Source: Setoptus koraiensis (taxonomy: Eukaryota; Animalia; Arthropoda). From it: DNA of 64,000 nt. Made by a program: the position numbers and the translations under genes. The stretch lies in the NCBI GenBank assembly GCA_048013815.1, contig CM106585.1, positions 3,038,001 through 3,102,000 of the forward strand. Reading direction: 5' to 3'. The notes under the pieces are model-generated. The model was given only the letters and a program-made list of their open reading frames with translations, had not been told where the DNA came from and made no database searches. Shown one piece after another: positions 45,878 to 56,280 of the stretch (the first letter of the stretch is position 1; each line of letters starts with the position of its first letter).

Positions 45878-48367
45878 TAGCGCTTAATTTTAATTAAGTA
45901 GCTACTGGGGTAGTGATGTTGGATACGTTTATTCACGTGACCATGTAATCCTATGGAGGTTTGCAATTACATCTGCTCGTTCGATATTCGATGGTCAGAG
46001 TTCGATGGTCACAATTCCAAATTCGACAAGTAATACTGATCAAATCAGTATTCCGAGCGCTTAATTTTTCGTGTGGACAAGTATTGTTGAAGGATTCAAA
46101 GGAGTTTATAACAACCTGTTAACCACCGAACTTCAAAATGTGACCATCGAACATAGACCATCGAACACTGACCACCGAACATCGAACGAGCAGCTGAAAC
46201 TATCATCAGAAATTCGAATTTTCAATTTTGAATTTCGAAGTTCGAATTGTGACCATCGAACTTCGAATTGTGACCAGCGAACTTCGTATTGTGACCATCG
46301 AACTCTGTACAAACACCTGGAACTCGTATCGGAAATTCGAATTTTTCAATTTCGAAGTTCGAAATGTGACCATCGAACTTCGTATTGTGACCATCGAACT
46401 CTGTACAAGCACCTGGAACTCGTATCGGAAATTCGAATTTTTCAATTTCGAAGTTCGAAATGTGACCATCGAACTTCGAATTGTAACCACCGAACTTCGA
46501 CAATGCAGCTGAAACTATCATTGGGAATTCAAATTTTCAATTTTCGAATTTCGAAGTTCGAAGTTCGAAGTTCGAATTGTGACTATCGAATATCGAACTC
46601 TGACCATCGAACGAGCAGCTGAAACTATCATCAGAAATTCGAATTTTCAATTTTGAATTTCGAAGTTCGAAGTGTGACCATCGAATTGTGACCACCAAAC
46701 TCTGACCATCGAACATCAAACGAGCAGATGAAACTATCATTGGGAATTCAAATTTTCAATTTTCGAATTTCGAATTTTGAAGTTCGAATTGTGACCATCG
46801 ATTTGTGACTATCGAACATCAATCTCTGACCATCGAACATCGAACGAGCAGCTGTAACTCTTATCAGAAATCTGAATTTTCAATTTCGAAGTTCGAATTG
46901 CGATCATCGAATTGTGACCACCGAACTCTGACCATCGAACATCGAACGAGCAGATGAAATTCTTATAAGAAATTCGAATTTTCAATTTTGAAGTTCGATT
47001 TGTCACCACCGAACTCCGCACAAATGTGACCTAGTCAAATCTCCATAGGATTGCATACAAAATATTTTCGAGTGAAGCGATAATAGACCAAGTCGAATCT
47101 ACATAGGAATACATGTGTTATGTCTAGCAGGATTCTCACAAATTTGACTAAGTCAAACCTCCATAGGATTACATAGTCACGTGAATAAACGTAGAGCCCA
47201 GAACCATCCCAATAGCTGCTTAATTAAAATTAAGCGCTAAAAATTGAAAATTTGAATTCCCAATGATAGTTTCATCTGCTCGTTCGATGTTCGATGGTCA
47301 CATTTCAAACTTCGGTGGTAACAATTCGAACTTCGAACTTCGAAATTCTAAATTGAAAATTCGGATTTCTGATAAGAGTTACAGCTGCTCATTCGATGTT
47401 CGATGGTCAGAGTTCGATGTTCGATGGTCAGAGTTCGATGGTCAGAGTTCGATGGTCACAATTCGAGCTTCGAACTTCGAAATTCGAAAATTGAAAATTC
47501 GGATTTCTGATAAGAGTTACAGCCGCTCGTTCGATGTTCGATGGTCAGAGTTCGATGTTCGATAGTCACAATTCGATGGTTACAATTCGAACTTCGAAAT
47601 TCGAAAATTGAAAATTTGAATTCCCAATGATAGTTTCATCTGCTCGTTCGATGTTCGATGGTCACAGTTCTCAGTTCGATGGTCAGGATTCGATGGTCAC
47701 AATTCGAACTTCGAAATTCGAATTCCTGATGAAAGTTTCAGATGCTTACATGTCTGCTGCCTGCATGCAAAAATTGGAGCACTTCTATCGGTTAGTTTTG
47801 CCACAATTAATGATTTCAATACATACACCAAGACGCAATGGCGCACTATGTGTTGAAGCGCGCGCTTCATGTGCAGTGTTCTATCCAAATTGATCGTTTG
47901 GTCGTTTCATACCATCTAAAGAGTATCACAAACTAGATCAAGGTTTCTCAAATTTTCACCATAGTTAGATGTACATGTCAGCTGCCTGCATTTTTGAAAC
48001 TGTTCTCACCAGGATAAATCCCTGAATTTTTCTAGAGACCGCTAGCAATGTCTAACACACAATCTGTGCAAGTTTAATCAATTTTTTGTTTCTAGTATTG
48101 GCGCTATAGGCCATTCTAGATCATGTGAGCTCACACTATCTATGTGATATCAGATCAGGTATTCCTATAGATTAGTCGATTTTCTGATGATAGTTTCATC
48201 TGCTCTGTCGGAGTTCGGTGGTCAGTGTTCGATGGTCTATGTTCGATGGTCACATTTTGAAGTTCGGTGGTTAACAGGTTGTCATAAACTTCTTTGAATC
48301 CTTCAACAATACTTGTCCACACGAAAAATTAAGCGCTCGAAATACTGATTTGATCAGTATTACTTGT
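45878..48367 (+). mobile_element. HINE with TTCGAA-rich satellite-like interior, containing an inverted nested copy
   Basis: 5' TAGCGCTTAATTTTAATTAAG at 45878; 3' hairpin plus ACTTGT at 48367. Confidence 0.78.
46027..47239 (-). mobile_element. HINE nested in opposite orientation in a same-subfamily HINE
   Basis: 3' end at 46027 is the reverse complement of 48180-48367; 5' end at 47219-47239. Confidence 0.78.
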
Positions 48368-49147
48368 TTTTAAGGATGGTAGTGGCCATAATCCAGCACC
48401 AACGGATCATTTCAATGGACTCATACAATGGATCAGATTCATTCCTCATCCACCCTTGGAAATTTACGTTGACTTGGAACCGTCTGCCGATATCAATTGA
48501 TGCCTCAATGCTCTCATTAAGGATTACCATGATGATCAACATCTTATGGCTCGAGATAGACTGTATGAGCAATTGGCTATACGGCCAACCGATGTTGTTC
48601 CAACTTTGCACTATCTTGGTCAGGAGCGACTCTCCATAATGGCTGCTCGAGCACATGTTGCTCGCTGTAACTCTCTGTCGCAACAATTTAGTGGTAAGGT
48701 TTACACACCATTAGCAGTATTTCCACATGTGACGTCCAAGACTGTACATCTTGATAGAGGAACAAACCAGGATGCTATACCCTTGGCTATCACCAACACA
48801 CCTGGGAAATTTCAAGCCAGTGATGCGACCCTTGATGTTAGTTTGCCGGCTGCGAACTATTTGTTTGCTGTTATGGGACCACCAGCTATTGCCGTTTCAG
48901 ATGCTGCACCCTCTGCGGTTGCTGCCTCTGTTATTAATCTTCCAAGAGGCAGTGCTACCGGCCGTATTAACCATCTCAGGAGAGCGGCTTGCCGTTCTTA
49001 TGGTACTGAGGATAACGAACAAGGAGAGATTTATGAGCGAAAGTTTGTGACTTTGTGGTGTCACGAAAGAACCGACCCAATCCCATCTATCCGCGCCGGA
49101 TTTCGACTCGAACCTTTTGATGGCACTGTACGTGTGGAAGATCTTTC

Positions 49148-49986
49148 GGTTGTTGTAGCGATTAGGTCCCAGCGCCGATCATAATGAAACTTCCGATACA
49201 GGTTTATCTTGACCCGAAACCATTGGAAAAAGTGTTCCGGAAGTGCGGAAACTTCCGGTTCCGGTTCTACCTCAAGTTGCTTCTAGAGAGTTGAAACTCA
49301 GCAGACTAACGATTTAGATGACGATTAACACGATGACATAAATTTCAGCTCTTCACCAGTTCCGGTTCGCTGGTTGTAGCGATATCTCTGGAATTGAGAG
49401 ACCAGAAGTTGCCGAATTCAGGCTTCGCTACACTCAATGATGAGCTTTATAGCATCTGAAATCACATCTCCGTCGTCGCACCCGCGACGACTGCGTGCGA
49501 CGGGAACCTTTCGGGTAGGGTTGATGAGCGCTTCGGGTATCAGGCTGCGCCCTCTACCCTCCGCTCACATGACTGCAATCCTAACCCAGCTGCAGGCCGG
49601 AAGAGTGAGCGAACCACCCGACAGAGAATGAGAAAGAAGGAATTAAATGACTGAAATAGACGTGAATAAAGAGTGCAGCGAGCACGAGGCACAGAATGGG
49701 TCCGCTGACCGCAACCGCACAGGCCCGGCCTCACCCCAAAATTTGGTTCATCCTCTGTATCTTATGAACCGGATATTAAAGCAGATTAATTTTGATCTCA
49801 TCATGCTCCGCTAGTTGTCATCTGCCTAATTCTGAATTTTCAGAGCTCTATCTCAACATTTTTGCATCTTCGGAACCGGAAGTTTCCGCACTTCCGGACT
49901 ACTCAATCCATAATATGGAGCCCCTGTGGGGCCTGTGTGTCAAGTTTCATGATGATCGGCGCTGGGACCTAATCGCAACAACACCC
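49148..49986. mobile_element. Hairpin-core TIR element, complete
   Basis: GGTTGTTGTAGCGATTAGGTCCCAGCGCCGATCAT / ATGATCGGCGCTGGGACCTAATCGCAACAACACCC; 8-bp TSD GATCTTTC. Confidence 0.92.
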
Positions 49987-50355
49987 GATCTTTCCAATGT
50001 GGCTGGAGCTAGCACCCCATCGGCCATCGAGGGACCAACTGCTATTGAGGAACTCCATGAGGAAGTCATTCCCCCTCAAATTGATACCGGCTATGAGCCC
50101 TTGAGTGAGCCAATTATTGGTGAAAGCACTGAGGTACCGGATAGTGATGAAGTCTCCATTATCTCGCATCAGGCCACGGACATTGCCCTCAGTCAAGATG
50201 ATTCGGCCCCAACAACTCGAAGTAAGGCAAGCCCCAAAACCAAGGGTAAAAGGAAAACAGGCGATACATCCATCACTCCTCCAACACAAGGTGCCAAAAA
50301 AGCGAGAAAGTTTCCTTCTTAAGATTCTACGCCACTTACTATTGAGGAGCCGACT

Positions 50356-51142
50356 GGGTTATTCTATCTAATAGCGCCACACTTTTTTCGGGGTATTTTG
50401 GATATTTTCGGGTAAGGTATTGTACTCTGATACCGGAATGAGTATTCCGGAAGTGCGGAAATTCCCAGTTCCTGAGATAACCGAGGTACCGCACGGTAGG
50501 CGTTGATTGATACCCGACGACCGCTAGCGGTTTCTGGGGTATATTTTAGGGTATTGTCACTATTTCTGGGCAGTCAAACTCATTCTCAACCTATCTGAGT
50601 GAGAAGATATCGATAAACAGGACTAAAGATTGGCCAGCACCAAATTTTCCGCAGATTTGAGCTTCGCTGCACTCGAACATAAGCCTGAGTGTTCTGAGAA
50701 CTCGGCCTACGGCCTCGTATTCTGGAGGCCGTCACATCTCCGTCGTCGCTTCCGCGACGACTCCGTGCGACGGGAACCCTTTGGGTAGGGTTGATGAGCG
50801 CTTCGGGTATCGGGCTACGCCCTCTACCCTCCGCTCACATGACTGCAATCCATACACGAAAGTAGGTTGTGTAACATACTGTCTACTGCCGAATTCTATT
50901 ACGATCGCTCATTATCTCAAAAATCGGAAGTCCAACAGATATCAAAATGACTTCGAGGTGGTTATCACAGTCATATCAGGCTCTATGTTAAGTCTCTAAG
51001 CTGTATCTGCAAGTTTATGTAAAACCGGAACCGGAAGTTTCTGCACGTCCGGACCATTATAAGTGTTCTCAGGTGGCCCTTCGGGCCCCAAGTGTGAAGT
51101 TTCATCCAATTCGGAGTGTGACGCTATTCCATAGAATACCCC
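50356..51142. mobile_element. Hairpin-core TIR element (no TSD recognised)
   Basis: GGGTATTTT-type arm, core at ~50692-50850, right end CTATTCCATAGAATACCCC. Confidence 0.8.
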
Positions 51143-51439
51143 GCTCCAGCCCGGACATGCCCAAAATCACTGTTAAATCTGCAACCGGAACGGTGGAAAG
51201 GCGAGCAATTCGGCCAATTCCAATTAAAAATGAGAAAATGTGGGACATCCATTAAAAATGTTGACATTGCAATGATGTGTGATGAACAAACAGATAATGA
51301 ATCAAATGATGACGCCATTAATTCATCTGTTGCGAACGAAACTACAGCAACTACCTCACCAAATAAGCTAGGCAATACTATTCTAAGTTCGACATGGTCG
51401 ATGTAGAAGGGCGGGGTGGGTGGTTTTCTGGGGTGTTTG

Positions 51440-54050
51440 ACATATATAGAACAACAAAACTACAAAGAGGCCATGCAACATGCTAACAAGAGCGTCTGGC
51501 GACAAACCATCAATAATGAGCTGGAATCACTAATCTCTAATAATACATGGAAAAGTGTACCAAAAACAGATGAGATAGAAACACTAGGAACCAGATAGAT
51601 CTTCAAAAGAAAAGTGAACAAAGACGGAACAGTAGACAAAGTTAAAGCTCAGCTGGTAGCCAAGGGCTATGAGCAGCGAGAAGGCCTGGATTTCTTTGAA
51701 ACATGTGCGGCTGTTGTCCGTTATGACTCTATAAGGATGTTTTTCGCAATTATAGCTCAGCTTGAGTTGTCTATGGTTCAATTTGATGTGGAAACCGCTT
51801 TTTTAAATGGCCTTCTGGACGAGGACATATATATTGTGGCGCCAGAGGGGGTACAGTGTGAAGTAGGACATGTGCTCAATTCGAATAAAGCCTTATATGG
51901 GCTCAAGCAAGCCCCTCTATGTTGGAGAAACAGATTTGACGATATCGTGAGTAAACTCAACGTGTACCCGATTGTGTCTGATCCATGTTGACGATGGACT
52001 AGTGGCATGTTCAGATCGAAATATTGCTAAGCTATTCATCGAAGAAATTGGCAAATCAATTGAAATCAAAGTTCTCAACTCGAACAATTTTGTCAGTTAT
52101 GAATTGATAATCAACAGCAAAATTGTCATTGCTCATCAAAGATTATACATAGAGTCGATGTGCAACAAATATGGCGGTTATTCTATCGAATAGTGACCAC
52201 GCCCAATTTGGGTATTTTGGGTTTTGTCGGAGAGAGTGTTGTGCCCTGAGACCGGAAAAGGTATTCCGGAAGTGCGGAAATTCTTCGTTCCCGAGATACC
52301 CGAGGTACAGCATTCTGGGTATTTGAGGGTAAATTGACGGTACGATTGGCCGTACCCACCCGCCCTGATATCCGGTGAGTTACTGATGGTCGATTATCGA
52401 GGCTAGAATCTACACAACAGCCCCAGGAGCAGAATGAACGTAGTTCAACCTGAAGGGCGTGACCAACGGAAGTGGTACGGAGGGCAACTGCGGGGGCGGA
52501 TCATCGACGGGATTCTGAGCACGCACTTCGGGGCTGCGCCCCTCAGAAAGTGCCACGATGTGCGAGTGGGCCTTTGGCCCACCCGCATAGGCTGGCCTAC
52601 CGTCCACGCCGTCGGCCTTCGGCCGACAGCGGGACGATTGACGGCCTGCCTCGTGACGGCCCTACGGGCCGTCCCACACCCCGGGAAAGGAGTGTTTCCC
52701 GTGGGCTGGTTGTCGGGAGGGCAGGGCCCGCGATCGGGCAGGGTTCTGTTCGGCCTTGCGTTCAAGTTGCAAGCCTGAATGAACAATTATGCCAAATAGA
52801 TCACTCTATTCGCGTCGATTCTCGAACCGGAAGTGCTGGATATAGAAAACAGTGAATTTCTTGAGATCGGATTGTCAAATATGATTCCATTTGATGCCAT
52901 CGCGTGGATTGCGACAAGAGCTGTGCTATGATGCCAAAATTTACAATATAAGACTTTTGTGAGAACAATAAAACGGATTTTTCGATATCTCCGGAAGTAA
53001 AAATTTACGCACTTTCGGACTTACATGGAGATCGGGCTCGGTCACTTTTCGATAGAACACCCAATATGGCATGCAGAACCATTTTCCCTGTCACACGCCG
53101 CTAGTAGATCTAGATAAACTAATGACTATATCAGATCTAGACACACTCAGTGAGGCACCATACAGACAACTAATAGGGTGCCTCAACTACGTTGCGTGTG
53201 TGTCTAGACCTGACATCACGTATGCAGTGAATTTTCCGGCTCGTTTCAACAATCGGCACTATGAGAGGCACTGGCAGGCAACAATTCGAGACTACTGTCT
53301 GACGTATGAAAAGTTAGAATGTCTAAAACTGAATGTGTATACGGACTCTGACTGGGCGGGGAATGTGCACGACAGGAAGTCAATAAGCGGTCTTATCGTT
53401 CATCTGTCCGGAGGCCCAGTAGTATATAGGGCAGAGCAACAAGAGATAGTGGCTTTAAGCAGCTGTGAGGCAGAGTATATAGCCGCTAGTGATGCAGTCA
53501 AAGAACTCATTTGGTGTTCATCGATATTAAAAGAGCTTGGACTAGATCAGTATCGTCCAAAAGTTTTAATAGATAATCAATCTACAATCAAATTAATATC
53601 AAGCGAACAGTTCAGTAAAAGAAGTAAACATATAGAAGTCAAATATCATCATCTAAAAGATTCGTTCAGAAAGGGAATATTTGAAGTTGAGTATATAAAG
53701 AGTGAAAAACAAAAAGCGGACATAATGACGAAGGCGTTAGGCAAGAAGAAGAATATGGCTCTTATCGATCTTATTGGCTTATATTCTCTTCTGTTCCTGG
53801 CCCCGACAGCCAATTCATCGGCCGAAGTTTCTGAGATGGCCGTAGAAGACTTAGTATTGTGGCACAAGACGCCAATAGAACACTTAAAAGGGCAAACGGA
53901 TGTGAAATTAGACCTTCAGTTCAGGAGCCTGTGCCCCATACTATTTGGCAATTGCACCGACATATATATGATGAACAAAATCATGACGACTACGTGTGAA
54001 GACGCTTTTCAGAAGCTGGTAGTCGACGAAATGGATGACGTCTGTACGTC
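51440..54050 (+). mobile_element. Ty1/copia pol remnant (RT-RNase H), split by a TIR element and reading through into an unknown C-terminal extension
   Basis: KAQLVAKGYEQREGLDF.ET, QFDVETAFLNG, ALYGLKQAP, HVDDG, PYRQLIGCL, YTDSDWAG, SSCEAEY, KHIEVKYH, ADIMTKAL; removal of 52176-53070 restores NKYG-MQNH. Confidence 0.9.
52176..53062. mobile_element. Hairpin-core TIR element with the type-2 core
   Basis: GGTTATTCTATCGAATAGTGACC / GGTCACTTTTCGATAGAACACCC; 8-bp TSD AATATGGC. Confidence 0.9.
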
Positions 54051-54054
54051 AACA

Positions 54055-54983
54055 GCGACCACGCCCAATTTGGGTATTTTGGGTATTTTTGGGTAGGGTA
54101 TTGTACCCTGATACCCGAACAGGTATTCCGGAAGTGCGGAAATTCTTCGTTACCGAGATACCCGAGGTACCGCATACTGGGTATTTTAGGGTATTTGAAG
54201 GCATATTGAAGGTATAGTCGGCCGTACCCACCCGCTCGAACATCCGGTCAGATACTGAGGTCCTAACAACGGAGGTAGATCATTCCTAGAAGCCACAGGA
54301 AACGAATAAAAGGGGTCAAACTGAAGAGGCGTGGCCAATGCGCGCGGAGTGAAACTGCGCCCGCAGATAGTGAGACCACCCACCGAGTCCTAGCACTACT
54401 GAGGATGATGAAAGTTGAATAAAGGCTGAGCCCTAACTTTTTCGACGCTTTCGACCTCGCGGACCGCGCAGACCCAGAACTCCGCTCGTACTGACCCCTA
54501 TTTCGATCTTTACCGACTCGGCCTTCGGCCTCGCGAGCTTGCCTCGCTTCGGGTTGAGGGCTTCGCCCTCAACCCTCGCTCGAACCGACAACCCCGGCCT
54601 TCGGCCGAGTAATTGTCACACACCCGAACACCATAAACAATGCGAATGCGTGATAAGCTGAGTGCGGCTCGTGAGACGTCAGATGTGACTCGAATTGCGT
54701 GACCGGAAGTTGGTCCAACAGTGAATGGTGGATATCTTCTGAGTGGATGATTATAGAGGTTGGATTGCAACTGCATGTTGAAGGTGACAACTGAACCTAT
54801 TCGAAAATACCAAAACTTTTAGTCTGAGGCACTTCTGAGGCCCGGAAAATGCTTTTTCCCGTATCTCCGGAAGTAGAAATTTCCGCACTTCCGGACCTTC
54901 AAAAATGTTCTTTGGGGCCGCTTCGCGGCCCTTGTGTGGAGTTTGAAGGAAATCGGGCTTGGTCGTTGTTCGCTACTACACCC
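54055..54983. mobile_element. Hairpin-core TIR element with the type-3 core, left terminus truncated
   Basis: GGGTATTTT arm, TTC-loop hairpin cluster 54505-54612, right end CGCTACTACACCC. Confidence 0.75.
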
Positions 54984-55027
54984 GAAAAATTAAGCGCTCT
55001 TATACTGGTATAATCAGTATAACTTGT
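54984..55027 (+). mobile_element. HINE 3' terminus
   Basis: AAAAATTAAGCGCTCTTATACTGGTATAATCAGTATAACTTGT. Confidence 0.7.
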
Positions 55028-55097
55028 TTTCTCACTTTCCAAATGTTCGTTTGTTTGTTCGATTTATGAACCGAAAGCACACGCTTTATTCTATTTT

Positions 55098-55372
55098 TAG
55101 CGCTTAATTTCAATTGAGCGCTAATGATGTAGTGATGTTGGATTCTAAATGGAGGAGGCAATCCACACACAAGCCTACAATTTTGAGTCACGCCCCCTCT
55201 TTAGCACACAGAAAGCTACAGCCTGAATGAGACTTAAGTCGCTACGCTCTCTAGCACACAGTAGGCTACACACTAGTTTGAGACTTAAGTCGCTCCACCT
55301 CCCCAGCACACAGTAAGCTACAGCTTGATTGAGTCACTCCACCTCCCCAGCACACAGTAAGCTACAGCTTGA
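55098..55372 (+). mobile_element. HINE 5' portion with ~45-bp tandem repeats
   Basis: TAGCGCTTAATTTCAATTGAG start; ccacctccccagcacacagtaagctacagctt repeats as at 33240-33540. Confidence 0.65.
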
Positions 55373-56280
55373 GGGTGTTGTAGCGATTAGGTCCCCACTC
55401 AGAATTCGATGAAACTTCACACATGGGCCCCGTAGGGGCCCTGTATTACGAGTTGAGTGGTCCGGAAGTGCGGAAACTTCCGGTTCCGGAAATACAAAAA
55501 TATCAAGATAGAGCTTTGAAATTTCAGAATCTAGTAGATGACACCTAGCGGAGAATGATGAAATCAAAATCGATCTCCCATCACTTCCGGTTTAAGAGAT
55601 ATCAAGGTTTATTTGATTAAGAGGTGTGGCCGGGTCTGTGCGGATGCGGTCAGCGGACCCATTCTGTGCATAGAGTGAGCAACACCATGTATTGGGTCAT
55701 ATATCAGTCATCACATTGATATAATAAAAATAAAATAATTATCCATATCCTCTTGTCCCATTTGTTTTCATTTTTTGTCGGTTTTTTTCGTCTTTCTCCA
55801 TACATCTGTGCATGGATTGCAGTCATGTGAGCGGAGGGTAGAGGGCGCAGCCCGATACCCGAAGCGCTCATCAACTCTACCCGAAGGGTTCCCGTCGCAC
55901 GCAGTCGTCGCGGGAGCGACGACGGAGATGTGACGGCCTCCAGAATACGAGGCCGCAGGCCGAGTTCTCAGACACACCGCATGTGCATCCCCGAGCGCAG
56001 CGAAGCAATAATTTGGTCACTTCCGGTCTTCTAACCCTAGTAATATCTCTATATCTCGAAAACCGGAAGTCGCACAGAGCTGAAAATTATGTCATCGTGT
56101 TCAGCGTAGCTTGAAACGTCTCTATGGTGAATCTTGGAGCTCTAGCTTCAACTTTTTGGAAAACCGGAACCGGAAGTTTCCGCACTTCCGGACCACTTTT
56201 TCCATTCTATTGGGACCAAGGGGGACCCGCACCGGAATTTTCATCAAGATCTGAGTGGGGACCTAATCGCTACAACAACC
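55373..56280. mobile_element. Hairpin-core TIR element (both termini present, TSD not matched)
   Basis: GGGTGTTGTAGCGATTAGGTCCCCACTCAGA / TCTGAGTGGGGACCTAATCGCTACAACAACC; reversed core ~55815-55972. Confidence 0.85.

Larger units (their letters stand above)
44794..50322 (+). pseudogene. Large orphan ORF (~730 codons after removing two insertions; one frameshift, one stop); possible endogenous viral gene
   Basis: Removing HINE 45878-48367 gives in-frame SRLI-FKDG; removing 49148-49994 gives VEDL-SNVAG; ends GAKKARKFPS*. Confidence 0.7.

Noticed and set aside
46071-47893. Repetitive ORFs (SSNCDHRT.., MVTIRS..) and a possible CRISPR-like array
   Set aside because: Translations of TTCGAA-rich tandem repeats inside HINEs; no constant-repeat/unique-spacer periodicity and no cas genes
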